IMG/VR virus record: IMGVR_UViG_3300045988_173642
Location: 1-64,000 of that record
Strand: one strand, 5' to 3'
Origin: a virus
Length of the DNA: 64,000 bases
Part shown: positions 43,989-54,010 of the stretch, in pieces
How the letters are laid out: every line of letters begins with the position of its first letter
Numbering within the stretch: position 1 is the first letter of the stretch
Made by a program: the position numbers and the translations under genes
The notes under the pieces: generated by a model
Told to the model about the DNA's origin: nothing
Database searches by the model: none
The model's input: the letters and a program-made list of their open reading frames with translations, nothing else

Positions 43989-44756
43989 ATGTCAGGATTA
44001 ACCAACAATACGCTGGCCCGCATTGATAAATGGCTAAGCTACGGGACGAGCATCGAAGCTGCCTTTCCAAAGTTAGAACAACGCTATCGCATGCAGGTCT
44101 GTTCAGAATTTTACAAACGCTGGGTTCAAAACCGCGACATCGACCCGCGCACCGTGTGTCGCAACATTTCCCGGCGCGACTATGAAATGTTTTTCAATCA
44201 AGCCGCGCAGGGCAATGCAGAAGCGCAGGCCTACGTGCTTGCACTAAAAATCACGCTCGATGACGAGGGAAATATCTGTCCGCGCACCGTCACGGAGCTC
44301 AACAACGACATCATGGTGTGCAACCATCTCATCCGCTTCTTCCAAACGGATGAGAGTCCGCGCCACAAGGCCATGTTCCTCGGTTCGGCAGAATGGCTCA
44401 TCCGAACGGGCAAACAACAAAATAACGACCGCGCCGTGGCAAAGGGCATGGAGGCCCTGGCAAAGGTTTACAAGGATTTCGACGAAGAACGCGACGCGAC
44501 GGACGAGATGCCCGACATGAGCCGCATTGCCATCACGCAAGACGTGAGCATCGTGAAACGCGATCGTGTCAACTATACCGAAGAAGAAAAACTGCGCATG
44601 GCACGCAAATATGGTCTTACGACTAAAGACCTCCAAGAGATTGAAGATGAAGAGCTACTCAGCGGGGGAAAGAATGGGAAAAAGCCAGATTATTTTGAAT
44701 ATTTGGAGATGGAGAACGAGGAAGGAAAAGCGGAAACTAAAGAAGCCAATTTTTAA
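43989..44756 (+). CDS. putative small terminase subunit / DNA-binding packaging protein
   Basis: 255-aa ORF from the first ATG (MSGLTNN...), at the head of the plus-strand block that ends with the large terminase. The call is by position only. Confidence 0.3.
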   Translation: MSGLTNNTLARIDKWLSYGTSIEAAFPKLEQRYRMQVCSEFYKRWVQNRDIDPRTVCRNISRRDYEMFFNQAAQGNAEAQAYVLALKITLDDEGNICPRTVTELNNDIMVCNHLIRFFQTDESPRHKAMFLGSAEWLIRTGKQQNNDRAVAKGMEALAKVYKDFDEERDATDEMPDMSRIAITQDVSIVKRDRVNYTEEEKLRMARKYGLTTKDLQEIEDEELLSGGKNGKKPDYFEYLEMENEEGKAETKEANF

Positions 44757-44757
44757 A

Positions 44758-44780
44758 ACAATGTGCCGACACTTTGCATC
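44758..44780. promoter_or_regulatory. second copy of the acaatgtgccgacacttt motif
   Basis: The string acaatgtgccgacactttgcatc lies in the 135-nt spacer upstream of the PAPS-reductase-like gene. Confidence 0.5.
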
Positions 44781-44891
44781 AAAACGTTTAGCCATTAAAA
44801 AGCGAATGTTCGAACCTTTTCATCAAAAAATTTGAACTTCAATAAAAACATACCATTGATGGCTTAAAAAAAGTAACAAATCAACAGAGGA

Positions 44892-46040
44892 ATGAACATA
44901 AACATTACGCTTCCAGAAGCCTTAGACCGCGCTTCGGAACGACTACGAAAGAAGATGCTCCACTCGGTGGAACTATTGCAAAAGGCAGAGAAAATTGCGC
45001 TTAGCTATGATACTGAGCAAGGTTATTATTTAGCCTTCAGCGGCGGCAAGGATTCGCAGGCGCTTTACCACATAGCGCAATTAGCAGGCGTGAAGTTCCG
45101 GGGACACATGAACCTCACGAGCGTTGACCCTCCGGAGGTGATACGTTTCGTTAAGCTAAACTATCCAGAAGTAGAACTTATCAAGCCCAAGAAATCCATC
45201 TTTCAAATTGCGATTGAACGGCAGTACCTTCCGACGATGAGAGCTCGTTGGTGTTGCGAAGAATACAAAGAGAAGGCAGGATCGGGCAAAGTGACGCTTA
45301 TCGGCATCCGCAAAGCAGAGAGCGCACGGCGGGCGAAACGCAACGAGGTTGAAATCAGTAGTCGGAAATTCAGCGGCGACCTTGAAGCGCTGGAGGCCTA
45401 CAGGCAGGAACAACGCGCAAAACGCGCACGGCTACAGTCAAAGAAAAAGGGCGTTAACATCACAAATGCCGACAAAGAAACAACCCTTGGTTGCATCCAC
45501 GGCAAAGAGAGTTTGCTCATCTCGCCCATCATCCACTGGGCGGAACAAGATGTATGGGAATTTCTCAACGACGTGGTGAGCGTGTCACATTGCGCGCTAT
45601 ACGATGAAGGTTGGCACCGCATCGGCTGCATAGGTTGTCCGATGAGTTCGTACAAGCAGAAAACACTGGAAAACGAACGCTACCCACACGTGAAACGCGG
45701 TTGGCTTCGGGCCATCAAAAGAATCCGTGATGTGGGGGGACTTCAAAAGAGAATATATCTGGTGGAACATCCGTTCGAACTGGATGCCGATGCAAAACGT
45801 CGGCAGATTGCTCCGAACGCAGGCGGCTACATCAAGCATCCAGCCCCGGAACACAGGATGGGAAAAACGTTCGGGTTTTCATCTTGCTCATCTTCTGACC
45901 GCTTGAACGATGAGCAAGAAAACGAAATAGCGGAGAACATCTACGACTGGTGGATTTCGGGAAAATCATACAAACGATGGTATGCTGAGAAATTCCAACA
46001 GATGAAATTGGATTTTAAAGAGGAAACTAACAATGGCTAA
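44892..46040 (+). CDS. PAPS-reductase-like (PP-loop ATP pyrophosphatase) protein with C-terminal Cys cluster
   Basis: Has a PP-loop (YLAFSGGKDSQA), RWCCEEYKEK and a later GCIGCPM. It resembles the phage DndC/IbrA-like family. Confidence 0.65.
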   Translation: MNINITLPEALDRASERLRKKMLHSVELLQKAEKIALSYDTEQGYYLAFSGGKDSQALYHIAQLAGVKFRGHMNLTSVDPPEVIRFVKLNYPEVELIKPKKSIFQIAIERQYLPTMRARWCCEEYKEKAGSGKVTLIGIRKAESARRAKRNEVEISSRKFSGDLEALEAYRQEQRAKRARLQSKKKGVNITNADKETTLGCIHGKESLLISPIIHWAEQDVWEFLNDVVSVSHCALYDEGWHRIGCIGCPMSSYKQKTLENERYPHVKRGWLRAIKRIRDVGGLQKRIYLVEHPFELDADAKRRQIAPNAGGYIKHPAPEHRMGKTFGFSSCSSSDRLNDEQENEIAENIYDWWISGKSYKRWYAEKFQQMKLDFKEETNNG

Positions 46041-46626
46041 AGACTGGACGGGCGGCACGGCTTCCGTGTTCAAAACATTAGGAGCGAGCAACCACAAAGA
46101 CGGGGAACGCCAACGAGAAGATTATTATGCCACAGAGCCGAAAGCAACAGAATGGCTCTGTCGGTTGGAGCAGTTCGAGGGCAGGATATTAGAACCTTCG
46201 TGCGGCGAAGGGCATATCAGCGAGGTGCTGAAGACGGCCGGATATGAAGTGGTGAGCCGAGACCTGATAGATAGAGGCTACGGCGAGGTGGCGGATTTTC
46301 TTGCCATTGACAATCTGGCATGGGATGGCAACATCGTGACCAACCCGCCATACCGATATGCACAGGAGTTTGTGGAGAAGGCACTCAGCATCATTCAAGA
46401 AGGCAAGAAGGTGGCGATGTTTCTCAAACTGACGTTCCTCGAAGGCAAAGCCCGTCGCCATCTTTTCCGTACTACCCCACCCATTCGGGTATGGTGCAGC
46501 TCGTCACGACTGAAATGCGCCATGAACGGTGATTTCTCGTCGATGGATAGCAGCGCGCAAGCCTACGCCTGGTTTATTTGGGAGAAAGGATATAAGGGTG
46601 AGACCGTGGTGAAATGGTTTAACTGA
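46033..46626 (+). CDS. N6-adenine DNA methyltransferase (small, NPPY type)
   Basis: Has an AdoMet motif (LEPSCGEGHIS) and a catalytic TNPPY. Confidence 0.75.
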   Translation: MAKDWTGGTASVFKTLGASNHKDGERQREDYYATEPKATEWLCRLEQFEGRILEPSCGEGHISEVLKTAGYEVVSRDLIDRGYGEVADFLAIDNLAWDGNIVTNPPYRYAQEFVEKALSIIQEGKKVAMFLKLTFLEGKARRHLFRTTPPIRVWCSSSRLKCAMNGDFSSMDSSAQAYAWFIWEKGYKGETVVKWFN

Positions 46627-46633
46627 CAAGACA

Positions 46634-47404
46634 ATGATAGAACTCAACAGAATTTACAACGAAAACTGCCTCGAAGGAATGAAGAAGATTCCGGACGAAA
46701 GCGTGGATTGCATTGTGTGTGACTTGCCATACGGCGCATTGAATAAAGGAAACGAAAAAGCGCAATGGGATAACGTTATCCCGACGGAACTGCTATTTCG
46801 GGAGTATTGGCGTGTAGCAAAAGCCGCCGCGCCCGTTATTCTCTTCTGCCAAGGAATGTTCACGGCGCAACTGATGATGGCAGAACGGAAAAACTGGCGA
46901 TATAACCTCGTGTGGATGAAGGACAGACCTACTGGCTTTCTCAACGCGAAGCGCATGCCTATGCGGAAACATGAGGACATCGCCGTGTTCTATCGCGCTT
47001 TGCCGACGTTCCATCCGCAAATGCAACAAGGGGTTCCATCTCATCCGCGAGGGCACAAACACGTGAAGACGAAGGGAAACGCTTGCTACGGCAGTTACGA
47101 CATAGGAATCTATTCCAAGGAAGTGACCACAGAGAAATACCCAACATCCATTATCTACTTTCCCAAAGAGAAACAACTGGGAATGCACCCAACGCAAAAA
47201 CCTGTTGCCCTTCTTCAGTATCTCATCCGCACCTACTCCAACGAGGGCGACACAATCTTAGACAACTGCATGGGGAGCGGCACTACTGCCATTGCAGCCA
47301 TCCGAGAAAAACGCAAATTCGTCGGATTTGAACTCAACAAGGAATATTACGAAAAAGCCTGCAAACGCATCCAAAAGGAACAAGCGCAACTCACGCTGTT
47401 CTAA
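46634..47404 (+). CDS. DNA methylase N-4/N-6 family (beta class)
   Basis: Has CDLPYG (motif IV), TQKP and NCMGSGTTAIAA (motif I), in beta-class order. Confidence 0.85.
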   Translation: MIELNRIYNENCLEGMKKIPDESVDCIVCDLPYGALNKGNEKAQWDNVIPTELLFREYWRVAKAAAPVILFCQGMFTAQLMMAERKNWRYNLVWMKDRPTGFLNAKRMPMRKHEDIAVFYRALPTFHPQMQQGVPSHPRGHKHVKTKGNACYGSYDIGIYSKEVTTEKYPTSIIYFPKEKQLGMHPTQKPVALLQYLIRTYSNEGDTILDNCMGSGTTAIAAIREKRKFVGFELNKEYYEKACKRIQKEQAQLTLF

Positions 47405-47424
47405 CACACACCAACACTTAAACA

Positions 47425-47652
47425 ATGAGCAAACACGGACGAAGCAAATATTTCAATAAGATTCCGCCTTTTAAGCCCGACCCGGAACACTACACACGGA
47501 AACAACACTCCTGGAAGGCAAAAGTGGCCTACGAAACGGAGGAAGAAGCGTGGGAGTTCCTGCAACAGAATCCAAAGATGATGGCGCAGGGCTATCGGGC
47601 TTACCGATGCAGGGCGTGCCAGAGATGGCACGTGGGACACAAAGCAAACTAA
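47425..47652 (+). CDS. small basic protein with CxxC...H element
   Basis: 75-aa ORF directly upstream of the large terminase. Contains YRCRACQRWHVGH. Confidence 0.45.
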   Translation: MSKHGRSKYFNKIPPFKPDPEHYTRKQHSWKAKVAYETEEEAWEFLQQNPKMMAQGYRAYRCRACQRWHVGHKAN

Positions 47653-47686
47653 GGAACGAAGAACAATTCAAAACCAAGAACAAGAG

Positions 47687-49687
47687 ATGCAACAGGCACA
47701 CAACATTTATCTAACCAAATTCCAGCAACAGTCGCTCTACATGGGGGCGAAGGATGAGCGCGTGATTGCGGCCCGCCGCGTGGGTAAGACGGACGGACTT
47801 GTGGCTCCTTACGTCTGGACGGCAAGTAACTCAATGCCTGGTATGCTCGGCGCATGGGTGGCGGTGTCGCGCCAACAGGGATTTGGCAAAACGATTCCAG
47901 GGACGATGGCCGCAATGGAGCGTATGTTTGGCTTCACGCAAGGCATTCATTTTGGATGGGGACGACCGCCGAAGCATGCGCGAGAGAGCATTTTCAAACC
48001 GAAGAACTATGACAACTACATTTGGTTTGCCAATGGTGCCGGATGGGTTCTTATTTCTCTCTCGCAGACGGCATCTGCCAACTCCTATACTTTCTCGGCG
48101 ATGGTGGGCGACGAAGCCAGATTCTTTCCTTATAAGAAGGTGACGGACGAACTGATGCCGGCACTGTCGGGTCAAACGCATCCGCTGGGCAATATCAACT
48201 TCTCAGACTACAATCCTTGGTATAAGTCGACACGCTTTCTCTCTGATGCCTCACTCACGGCGAAGGGCTCGTGGCTGGAAAAAGAAGAAGAAAAGCTGGA
48301 AAAGGAAGTAGAGATTGGCCCTTTCAAGGGAAAGACGTATCGTTGGGTGCAGGAACGCTTGGAGGAATATGCCGACAAGGTGATACGCTACAACGACCTT
48401 CTGTATAACGCGAAAAAGACAGGGCACGGAGTACACGTGGTCAACGCCGATCTGCGCACGATGATACGCGCCGTCGCACTGAAGATGATGAACCACGAAG
48501 GGCCGTTTCGCATAATGCCCAACCACGGCAAACACGTGACAAAAGGCATGGTGGAGATGGCCGTCAATTATAAGCTGGTGCCGCAAGAAGATGCCGAACT
48601 CATTTACGATTACGAATATCTGATTACGCCAGAAGAGGACTTTGAAATGCAAATGTTCCTGCGCTCAAAGAAATTCTCCGAGGACTATCTGAGAGAACTT
48701 CGCCGCGTGGCTTTCTGTGTGCGACGGGCATCATCGCTCGACAATGTGGACATCCTGGGTGAAGACTATATCCGGCAGATGAAACGTGACTTGCCCCCAT
48801 ATACCTTCGCGGTTTCAATTCTCAACGTGAAGGTGCAGAAGTCGAACGACGGTTTTTATTCAAACCTCGACATAGACCATGTTCATGGATATATCCCCGA
48901 CGAAATAGACCCTCTCACGGCCGCCAATTTTAAGACTCAGAAGGCCACGGGCATCATCAACGGCAAGCGCATCACGAGCGAGAGCTATCAGCCTGACTTC
49001 CAAGAACTCGCTGAGCGAAACGACTGCCGCATGGATGCTGACTGCATTAACGCGCTTCCGTTGTATATAGCGTTTGACTACAATGCCAATCTGAACACGC
49101 TCGTTGTTGGGCAACGGTATGAACGCGATGGCATGGATTGCTTGAACGTGATAAAGAGTTTCTACGTGAAGAACGAGCGCAAATTGCGCGAACTCATTGC
49201 GGATTTCTCCGACTATTATGCGCCGAAGCGAGCCATCAACCCCGACGTGACGTTCTTCTATGATGCCACGGCCAAGCAGGGGGCATCCTACGCTTCAACA
49301 GACGAACGCTTCTACATGACCGTGATTTCGGAACTGGAGAAACGCGGATGGAACGTCACGGCGATTGACATGGGGGCACCGGAACGCCACGATGTCAAAC
49401 ACAAGATTATTAATGAAGGCTTGGCCCACCAGTCGCCGCCGGCCATCCGCATCAACCAAACAAACAACCCAGACCTTATCATCGCCATGCAGCTCTGCGA
49501 GGTGGAAATATCTTACAGGGGATTCCACAAAGACAAATCGGGAGAGAAAAAGCCGGAGAGCGAAGATTCGGATTCTCTACCGCTCCAGCAACGAACGGAC
49601 TTCACGGATGCTTTCGACACACTGTATCTCGGCGTCAAACTTTTTCTTGGCGGATGGGGATGGGTGGTCATGCCCAGCGGAAGATAG
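47687..49687 (+). CDS. terL: terminase large subunit
   Basis: Has a Walker A-like AARRVGKTD, a Walker B-like FSAMVGDEARFF and a C-terminal nuclease-sized domain. Length is 666 aa. Confidence 0.75.
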   Translation: MQQAHNIYLTKFQQQSLYMGAKDERVIAARRVGKTDGLVAPYVWTASNSMPGMLGAWVAVSRQQGFGKTIPGTMAAMERMFGFTQGIHFGWGRPPKHARESIFKPKNYDNYIWFANGAGWVLISLSQTASANSYTFSAMVGDEARFFPYKKVTDELMPALSGQTHPLGNINFSDYNPWYKSTRFLSDASLTAKGSWLEKEEEKLEKEVEIGPFKGKTYRWVQERLEEYADKVIRYNDLLYNAKKTGHGVHVVNADLRTMIRAVALKMMNHEGPFRIMPNHGKHVTKGMVEMAVNYKLVPQEDAELIYDYEYLITPEEDFEMQMFLRSKKFSEDYLRELRRVAFCVRRASSLDNVDILGEDYIRQMKRDLPPYTFAVSILNVKVQKSNDGFYSNLDIDHVHGYIPDEIDPLTAANFKTQKATGIINGKRITSESYQPDFQELAERNDCRMDADCINALPLYIAFDYNANLNTLVVGQRYERDGMDCLNVIKSFYVKNERKLRELIADFSDYYAPKRAINPDVTFFYDATAKQGASYASTDERFYMTVISELEKRGWNVTAIDMGAPERHDVKHKIINEGLAHQSPPAIRINQTNNPDLIIAMQLCEVEISYRGFHKDKSGEKKPESEDSDSLPLQQRTDFTDAFDTLYLGVKLFLGGWGWVVMPSGR

Positions 49688-49702
49688 CAAACACCACGCA
49701 AC

Positions 49703-49739
49703 AAAAAAAGGCAGACGTTTCACAACGGCTGCCTTTTTC
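49703..49739. terminator. bidirectional terminator between convergent genes
   Basis: The structure is AAAAAAA-AGGCAG...CTGCCT-TTTTT, between terL (+) and the 109-aa ORF (-). Confidence 0.7.
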
Positions 49740-49803
49740 GTCTCTTCGCTAAGAGACTCGTTCTTAACTCATGATTTAAATAGTTCACTACATTATTCAC
49801 ACT

Positions 49804-50133
49804 TTACATCATCTCATGCCGCGCCCCTCGGAGCCACGACTTGAGGTTTATATATTGCTCATGGTCGAAATTGGCATCCCGCCATGCAGCATATTGCCTA
49901 TATGTTAGTTCGTTTTCAACGACACGCACCATGTCTTCCACGCCAAGACAATCACATTCTTCAAAATCGCAGACGCCGCCACGCTCATCGGCCACCCAAT
50001 ACCAATTGCGACAACCGTCAAACAACTGGCTGTTGACTTCTTCGGCCAGAGCGTCGCACGCTTCCTTGAACACACGAACAGCGCCAATGGCACCATGCCG
50101 CTCCTTAGTTTTCTTCAATATCTTGTTGATCAT
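49804..50133 (-). CDS. hypothetical early protein
   Basis: 109-aa ORF. Confidence 0.5.
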   Translation of the reverse strand: MINKILKKTKERHGAIGAVRVFKEACDALAEEVNSQLFDGCRNWYWVADERGGVCDFEECDCLGVEDMVRVVENELTYRQYAAWRDANFDHEQYINLKSWLRGARHEMM

Positions 50134-50149
50134 ATTCGTTTGGTTTTAA

Positions 50150-50395
50150 TCAAAGCACCGCAAATTCCTGTTGCTTTTGGTCGCGATGTGCCTTGATGTA
50201 TTGTTTGATTTGCTGGATGATGTCGTTTTTTTCTTCGGCCGTTATGTAAGCTTCTAAATCGACGTAACCCATTCCTTTCGCACATCGAAAATAATAGAAA
50301 TCATCTTTGACCGATTCCAAATACAACAGAGTGTCATTAAACCTCGTCAACTCTTTACAGACTTTATTGGCTTTATCTAAATCTTCCTGTTTCAT
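50150..50395 (-). CDS. hypothetical early protein
   Basis: 81-aa ORF with a 4-nt overlap with the upstream gene. Confidence 0.5.
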   Translation of the reverse strand: MKQEDLDKANKVCKELTRFNDTLLYLESVKDDFYYFRCAKGMGYVDLEAYITAEEKNDIIQQIKQYIKAHRDQKQQEFAVL

Positions 50396-50847
50396 TGTTC
50401 CAGTATTAATGGTTTAACTCTTAATCTGCATCCCATCGCATCTAACAAGGCTTGCAATTCATGAACGCCGTGTATGCAGTTCAAAACCATTCCGACCTTC
50501 CTATCCACGAAACATCCGGGGAAAACAAAAGGGCAAAATCCGTCTCCGTCCACTGATTTTCGGATGCCGATTAACTTGTCATCAAATAATCTAACCATCA
50601 AAGGACCACCATACACATAGTCCCAGCCGTGCGCCTTCAATATGGCCTCACTCAATGGAAACGGCGACATACTGAGTGCTGATGTTATGCTATTTTGTGT
50701 GCCGCCTTTTTCGTAGATTTCCTTATGGCGTATCATTCCACTTATACTATCAACACCAAGCACGACGGAATACACGTAGCTATTAAAATGATTATTGTCT
50801 TGCACGACGATGTCGCCAATACGCAATGAATTGATGTTAATGCTCAT
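50392..50847 (-). CDS. hypothetical protein, paralogue of 51629..52090
   Basis: Shares LRIGDIV..., SG.IRH.E.YE..GTQ..., SMSPFPLS...LKA.GW and VHELQALLD strings with the 153-aa ORF. Confidence 0.55.
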   Translation of the reverse strand: MSININSLRIGDIVVQDNNHFNSYVYSVVLGVDSISGMIRHKEIYEKGGTQNSITSALSMSPFPLSEAILKAHGWDYVYGGPLMVRLFDDKLIGIRKSVDGDGFCPFVFPGCFVDRKVGMVLNCIHGVHELQALLDAMGCRLRVKPLILEQ

Positions 50848-50862
50848 AGCTTTTGTGATTTA

Positions 50863-51453
50863 TCATTTCTTAATCAGGTTGAAGTCCGCCAAAATTTTGA
50901 TGAATTGTTTGCCACAATACGTGGCGAGATCATTGCTCTTAAAGCAAAGGCAAGAACCGAAGCTCGCATCCGTACACGAGGGGGAGTAAATCGTACCCGC
51001 ATAAGCGAAGCCCGCCCAGTCTCCTGAATAGTCGCCTGTTGATATGAGGTGTCGGTCGGCTTTCCATTCGTCACTCTTCTCCGACAGTTCTTCTTCCGTC
51101 CATAGCGCGAACCAAGGAAACCAACGCCGCTCGTATTTTGTGAACAGAGGTTTCCAACCCTCATTCAGGGCGGCGGCGATGATACAAAGCTTCAAGTATG
51201 CAATAAAGTCGTGACCGTCACTTGTAAAATTTCCGCTTTTCACAATCGCATGATATTGCTCTACGAAAAGGTTGTCTTCTCCCAACTCACGGCAAGCGTC
51301 CTCAAAGGTCTTCACACGTTCTATAATCGGGCGATTTGCGACTGTCTGTGCCTCTGTTTCTTTCAATTCGGGTAAGAGAGCAAGAAGTACTTTTTTGACG
51401 CTCTTGTCGGCGGCTTTCAAAGCAGCTTTTGCGTTTTCAATATTGATTTCCAT
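50863..51453 (-). CDS. hypothetical protein
   Basis: 196-aa ORF. Confidence 0.5.
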   Translation of the reverse strand: MEINIENAKAALKAADKSVKKVLLALLPELKETEAQTVANRPIIERVKTFEDACRELGEDNLFVEQYHAIVKSGNFTSDGHDFIAYLKLCIIAAALNEGWKPLFTKYERRWFPWFALWTEEELSEKSDEWKADRHLISTGDYSGDWAGFAYAGTIYSPSCTDASFGSCLCFKSNDLATYCGKQFIKILADFNLIKK

Positions 51454-51628
51454 AAATACTGTTATTTTTTGGTTGTTTTCTTTGATGTCTTCTTTTGGGG
51501 TTCGGCAGCGGGCTGTTTTATTCCGCCCGTTTCAGGGTCAGCACCCACAAGGGCTTGCGCACCCATTTCCTGAGCGATAGCGGCTGCAGCTCTTTAGAGA
51601 TTCTCGTATTCTGTAATATCTATGATTG

Positions 51629-52090
51629 TCAGGGTTTGATTTTTACTCTTACTCTTGATATATCTCTTATCTTCCACATATCAAGCAGCGCTTGCAGTTC
51701 ATGCACAGAGTCGATTTCGTACATAAACATCGCATCGTGCATTATTTTTGAACTATCTGGAAACAATATCGGGCAGAACGCATCATAAAATAACGCAGAA
51801 GATATAAGTCCGATGGTAATAGGCTCAAAATCTGCAAAAAGCATGCTTACTCCATTTACTGATGACTTCTGCCATCCGTTTGCTTTCAGTAATTCTACTG
51901 AAAGCGGAAACGGCGACATATCTTCGAATGAAGAAATAGCCATTTGTGTACCTTCATATTCATATACCTCTCTGTGACGAATAGTACCGCTGATGTTGTC
52001 AATACCTTCAACGATAGAGTATTTATAGCCTTCGTACTTGTTTTCTTTGGTGATAATATCACCAATTCTTATATCACTGATGTTTATCAT
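51629..52090 (-). CDS. hypothetical protein, paralogue of 50392..50847
   Basis: See 50392..50847. Confidence 0.55.
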   Translation of the reverse strand: MINISDIRIGDIITKENKYEGYKYSIVEGIDNISGTIRHREVYEYEGTQMAISSFEDMSPFPLSVELLKANGWQKSSVNGVSMLFADFEPITIGLISSALFYDAFCPILFPDSSKIMHDAMFMYEIDSVHELQALLDMWKIRDISRVRVKIKP

Positions 52091-52144
52091 TTTATTCCTC
52101 CTCGTTTATGGCTGGTATCACTTACTCACGTTTAATTTCTTTCT

Positions 52145-52396
52145 TCAATTTAACTTGTAGCACCACCCGAGAAGGCGATTAAATGACAGCGCTAAGTTTT
52201 CTGGGCCATGAAGGGACATCATTAGGAAAAAATAACCGCTTTCATCAACTTCACCATCACAATATCCACGATATACCAGTCCGTTATCCATCACAAAACA
52301 GGCTTCTCGGTTTTCGTCTATTTTCCCCAGTTCTTCTTTGCTTTTCAACACTCTGCGACTTCCATCTGCGAATGTTACTGTTTTTTTTGTTTCCAT
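52145..52396 (-). CDS. hypothetical protein
   Basis: 83-aa ORF. Confidence 0.45.
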   Translation of the reverse strand: METKKTVTFADGSRRVLKSKEELGKIDENREACFVMDNGLVYRGYCDGEVDESGYFFLMMSLHGPENLALSFNRLLGWCYKLN

Positions 52397-52519
52397 TGTA
52401 TTTGAATTTTAAAAAGCCGTCCGTACTTGCAAATACGAACGACACCTTAGTATGAATTTATGTAATAGAGAATAGCGAAAGCACTAATTACATCTATCCA
52501 TTACGGCCGCCCTTGTTAA

Positions 52520-53173
52520 CTATGGTCTCCCATCATCAACAAGTTTTACATTTAAATTCTTGTTTCCATTAATTAATTCAGCATCCGCCTGCAGGCAACG
52601 CAAGAAATGGTCGTACACGTCTAAATCATACCACCAATCTTCCTTTCCGCTCAGCACATAACGGTTTTCCAGAATCGGCCAGCGGTCAGCCGTCTGAATC
52701 CAATCCGGCGGAATGATGGAATTATAACGCTGAATGTATTTCGTTTGATGCCAAGTATCTGTTGTTCCTTCGTCACGCAACGAACGAACAAACTCTGGGA
52801 AGTCTTCATCCGTGCGAGCATAAAGCGCATAATATTCGCCGTTGAAACGATAACACACGGCCGACAACAGACCACCGACCTTGCTGGTCTTGCACGTCAC
52901 GAGATAGCGATTGCCGCGATGAAGTGCGGCCAAAGTATGAAGATAGTCCTTATGCCCTATGACTGGAACAATGCGCCCCTTCGCGTTGTAGAAGTAATTG
53001 GACCACAAGTCACGGCGGAAAAAATACCACAGGAAATCCATTTCGTCTAAGCTCATCTGTGGTATGGAAGGATAAACAATCTGTTTCCACACGTGCTGTC
53101 GCAAATGACTGCCGCGAGCAAAGCCTTCAACGGCACTGACGAAATCAAAACGATCTAAAAGAAGATGTATCAT
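52520..53173 (-). CDS. hypothetical protein
   Basis: 217-aa ORF with an ATGA overlap with the upstream gene. Confidence 0.5.
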   Translation of the reverse strand: MIHLLLDRFDFVSAVEGFARGSHLRQHVWKQIVYPSIPQMSLDEMDFLWYFFRRDLWSNYFYNAKGRIVPVIGHKDYLHTLAALHRGNRYLVTCKTSKVGGLLSAVCYRFNGEYYALYARTDEDFPEFVRSLRDEGTTDTWHQTKYIQRYNSIIPPDWIQTADRWPILENRYVLSGKEDWWYDLDVYDHFLRCLQADAELINGNKNLNVKLVDDGRP

Positions 53174-53433
53174 GAGCGGCCGTTTTTTGATACTCGTTCT
53201 TGCATCTGCCGGCGCCCATCACAAATGTGACGATACATCCGTGCGCTCCATTCATCGCCCGACAAACCATAAAGTTCACGGTCGGCATAGTCAATCAGAC
53301 AATCTAAGGTGATATATGCACCAAGGTCAAGGGCGTTGTCGCCATTCTTGCGGCAGGCATCAGGCGTGATACCACCAAGTTTCTTTATCAGCCACATGCG
53401 GAATTTACGCATGATTTTATTTGTTTTTTTCAT
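53170..53433 (-). CDS. hypothetical protein
   Basis: 87-aa ORF. Confidence 0.45.
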   Translation of the reverse strand: MKKTNKIMRKFRMWLIKKLGGITPDACRKNGDNALDLGAYITLDCLIDYADRELYGLSGDEWSARMYRHICDGRRQMQERVSKNGRS

Positions 53434-53435
53434 AA

Positions 53436-53996
53436 TTAGGAACGGAATAAGTTATACTTAACATCGTCGAATAAAGCCAGCTCCACCTGCTTGCCATCGA
53501 AATGGCCAACGGCGAGGAGCATGCCATTTTCTTCTGTGGCTTCTTCCATGATGGCGTGTTGACGAATAATCATAATATCGAACTCCTTAACACAGTTGAG
53601 CGATTCAATCGGCAGAGGCTGCATCGTCTCGCGAGCAAATTCGCGGATGCGCACAAGGTCGTCTTTAGTGAGCCCAGGCGTTCGTTCTTGTGCTTTGCGA
53701 ACGGCGGCCATCTCCACCTGTATGCGGTGGCGTTCGTAGGCATCCTGAATAATGCGATTGTTTTGCCAAAGTGAAACTTGGTTCAAAAAATTCAGAAAAG
53801 ACTTCCGACCACGCGCCAGTTCGGGCAAAGCCAAACGCTCTTCAATCAGCAAAGCGTTGTCTTTCGGCATCCAATGAATGGCGCCGTCGCGTTCAAAGGC
53901 ATCAAGATAGGCAAATATCTTGGTCAGATCGCGCAAATCCTGCAAGAGGATTCTGTTGCGCGTGAAACCTAATAAGACTTTTAATCGTTTCCACAT
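53436..53996 (-). CDS. hypothetical protein
   Basis: 186-aa ORF. Confidence 0.5.
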   Translation of the reverse strand: MWKRLKVLLGFTRNRILLQDLRDLTKIFAYLDAFERDGAIHWMPKDNALLIEERLALPELARGRKSFLNFLNQVSLWQNNRIIQDAYERHRIQVEMAAVRKAQERTPGLTKDDLVRIREFARETMQPLPIESLNCVKEFDIMIIRQHAIMEEATEENGMLLAVGHFDGKQVELALFDDVKYNLFRS

Positions 53997-54010
53997 AATC
54001 TAATTTTTAA

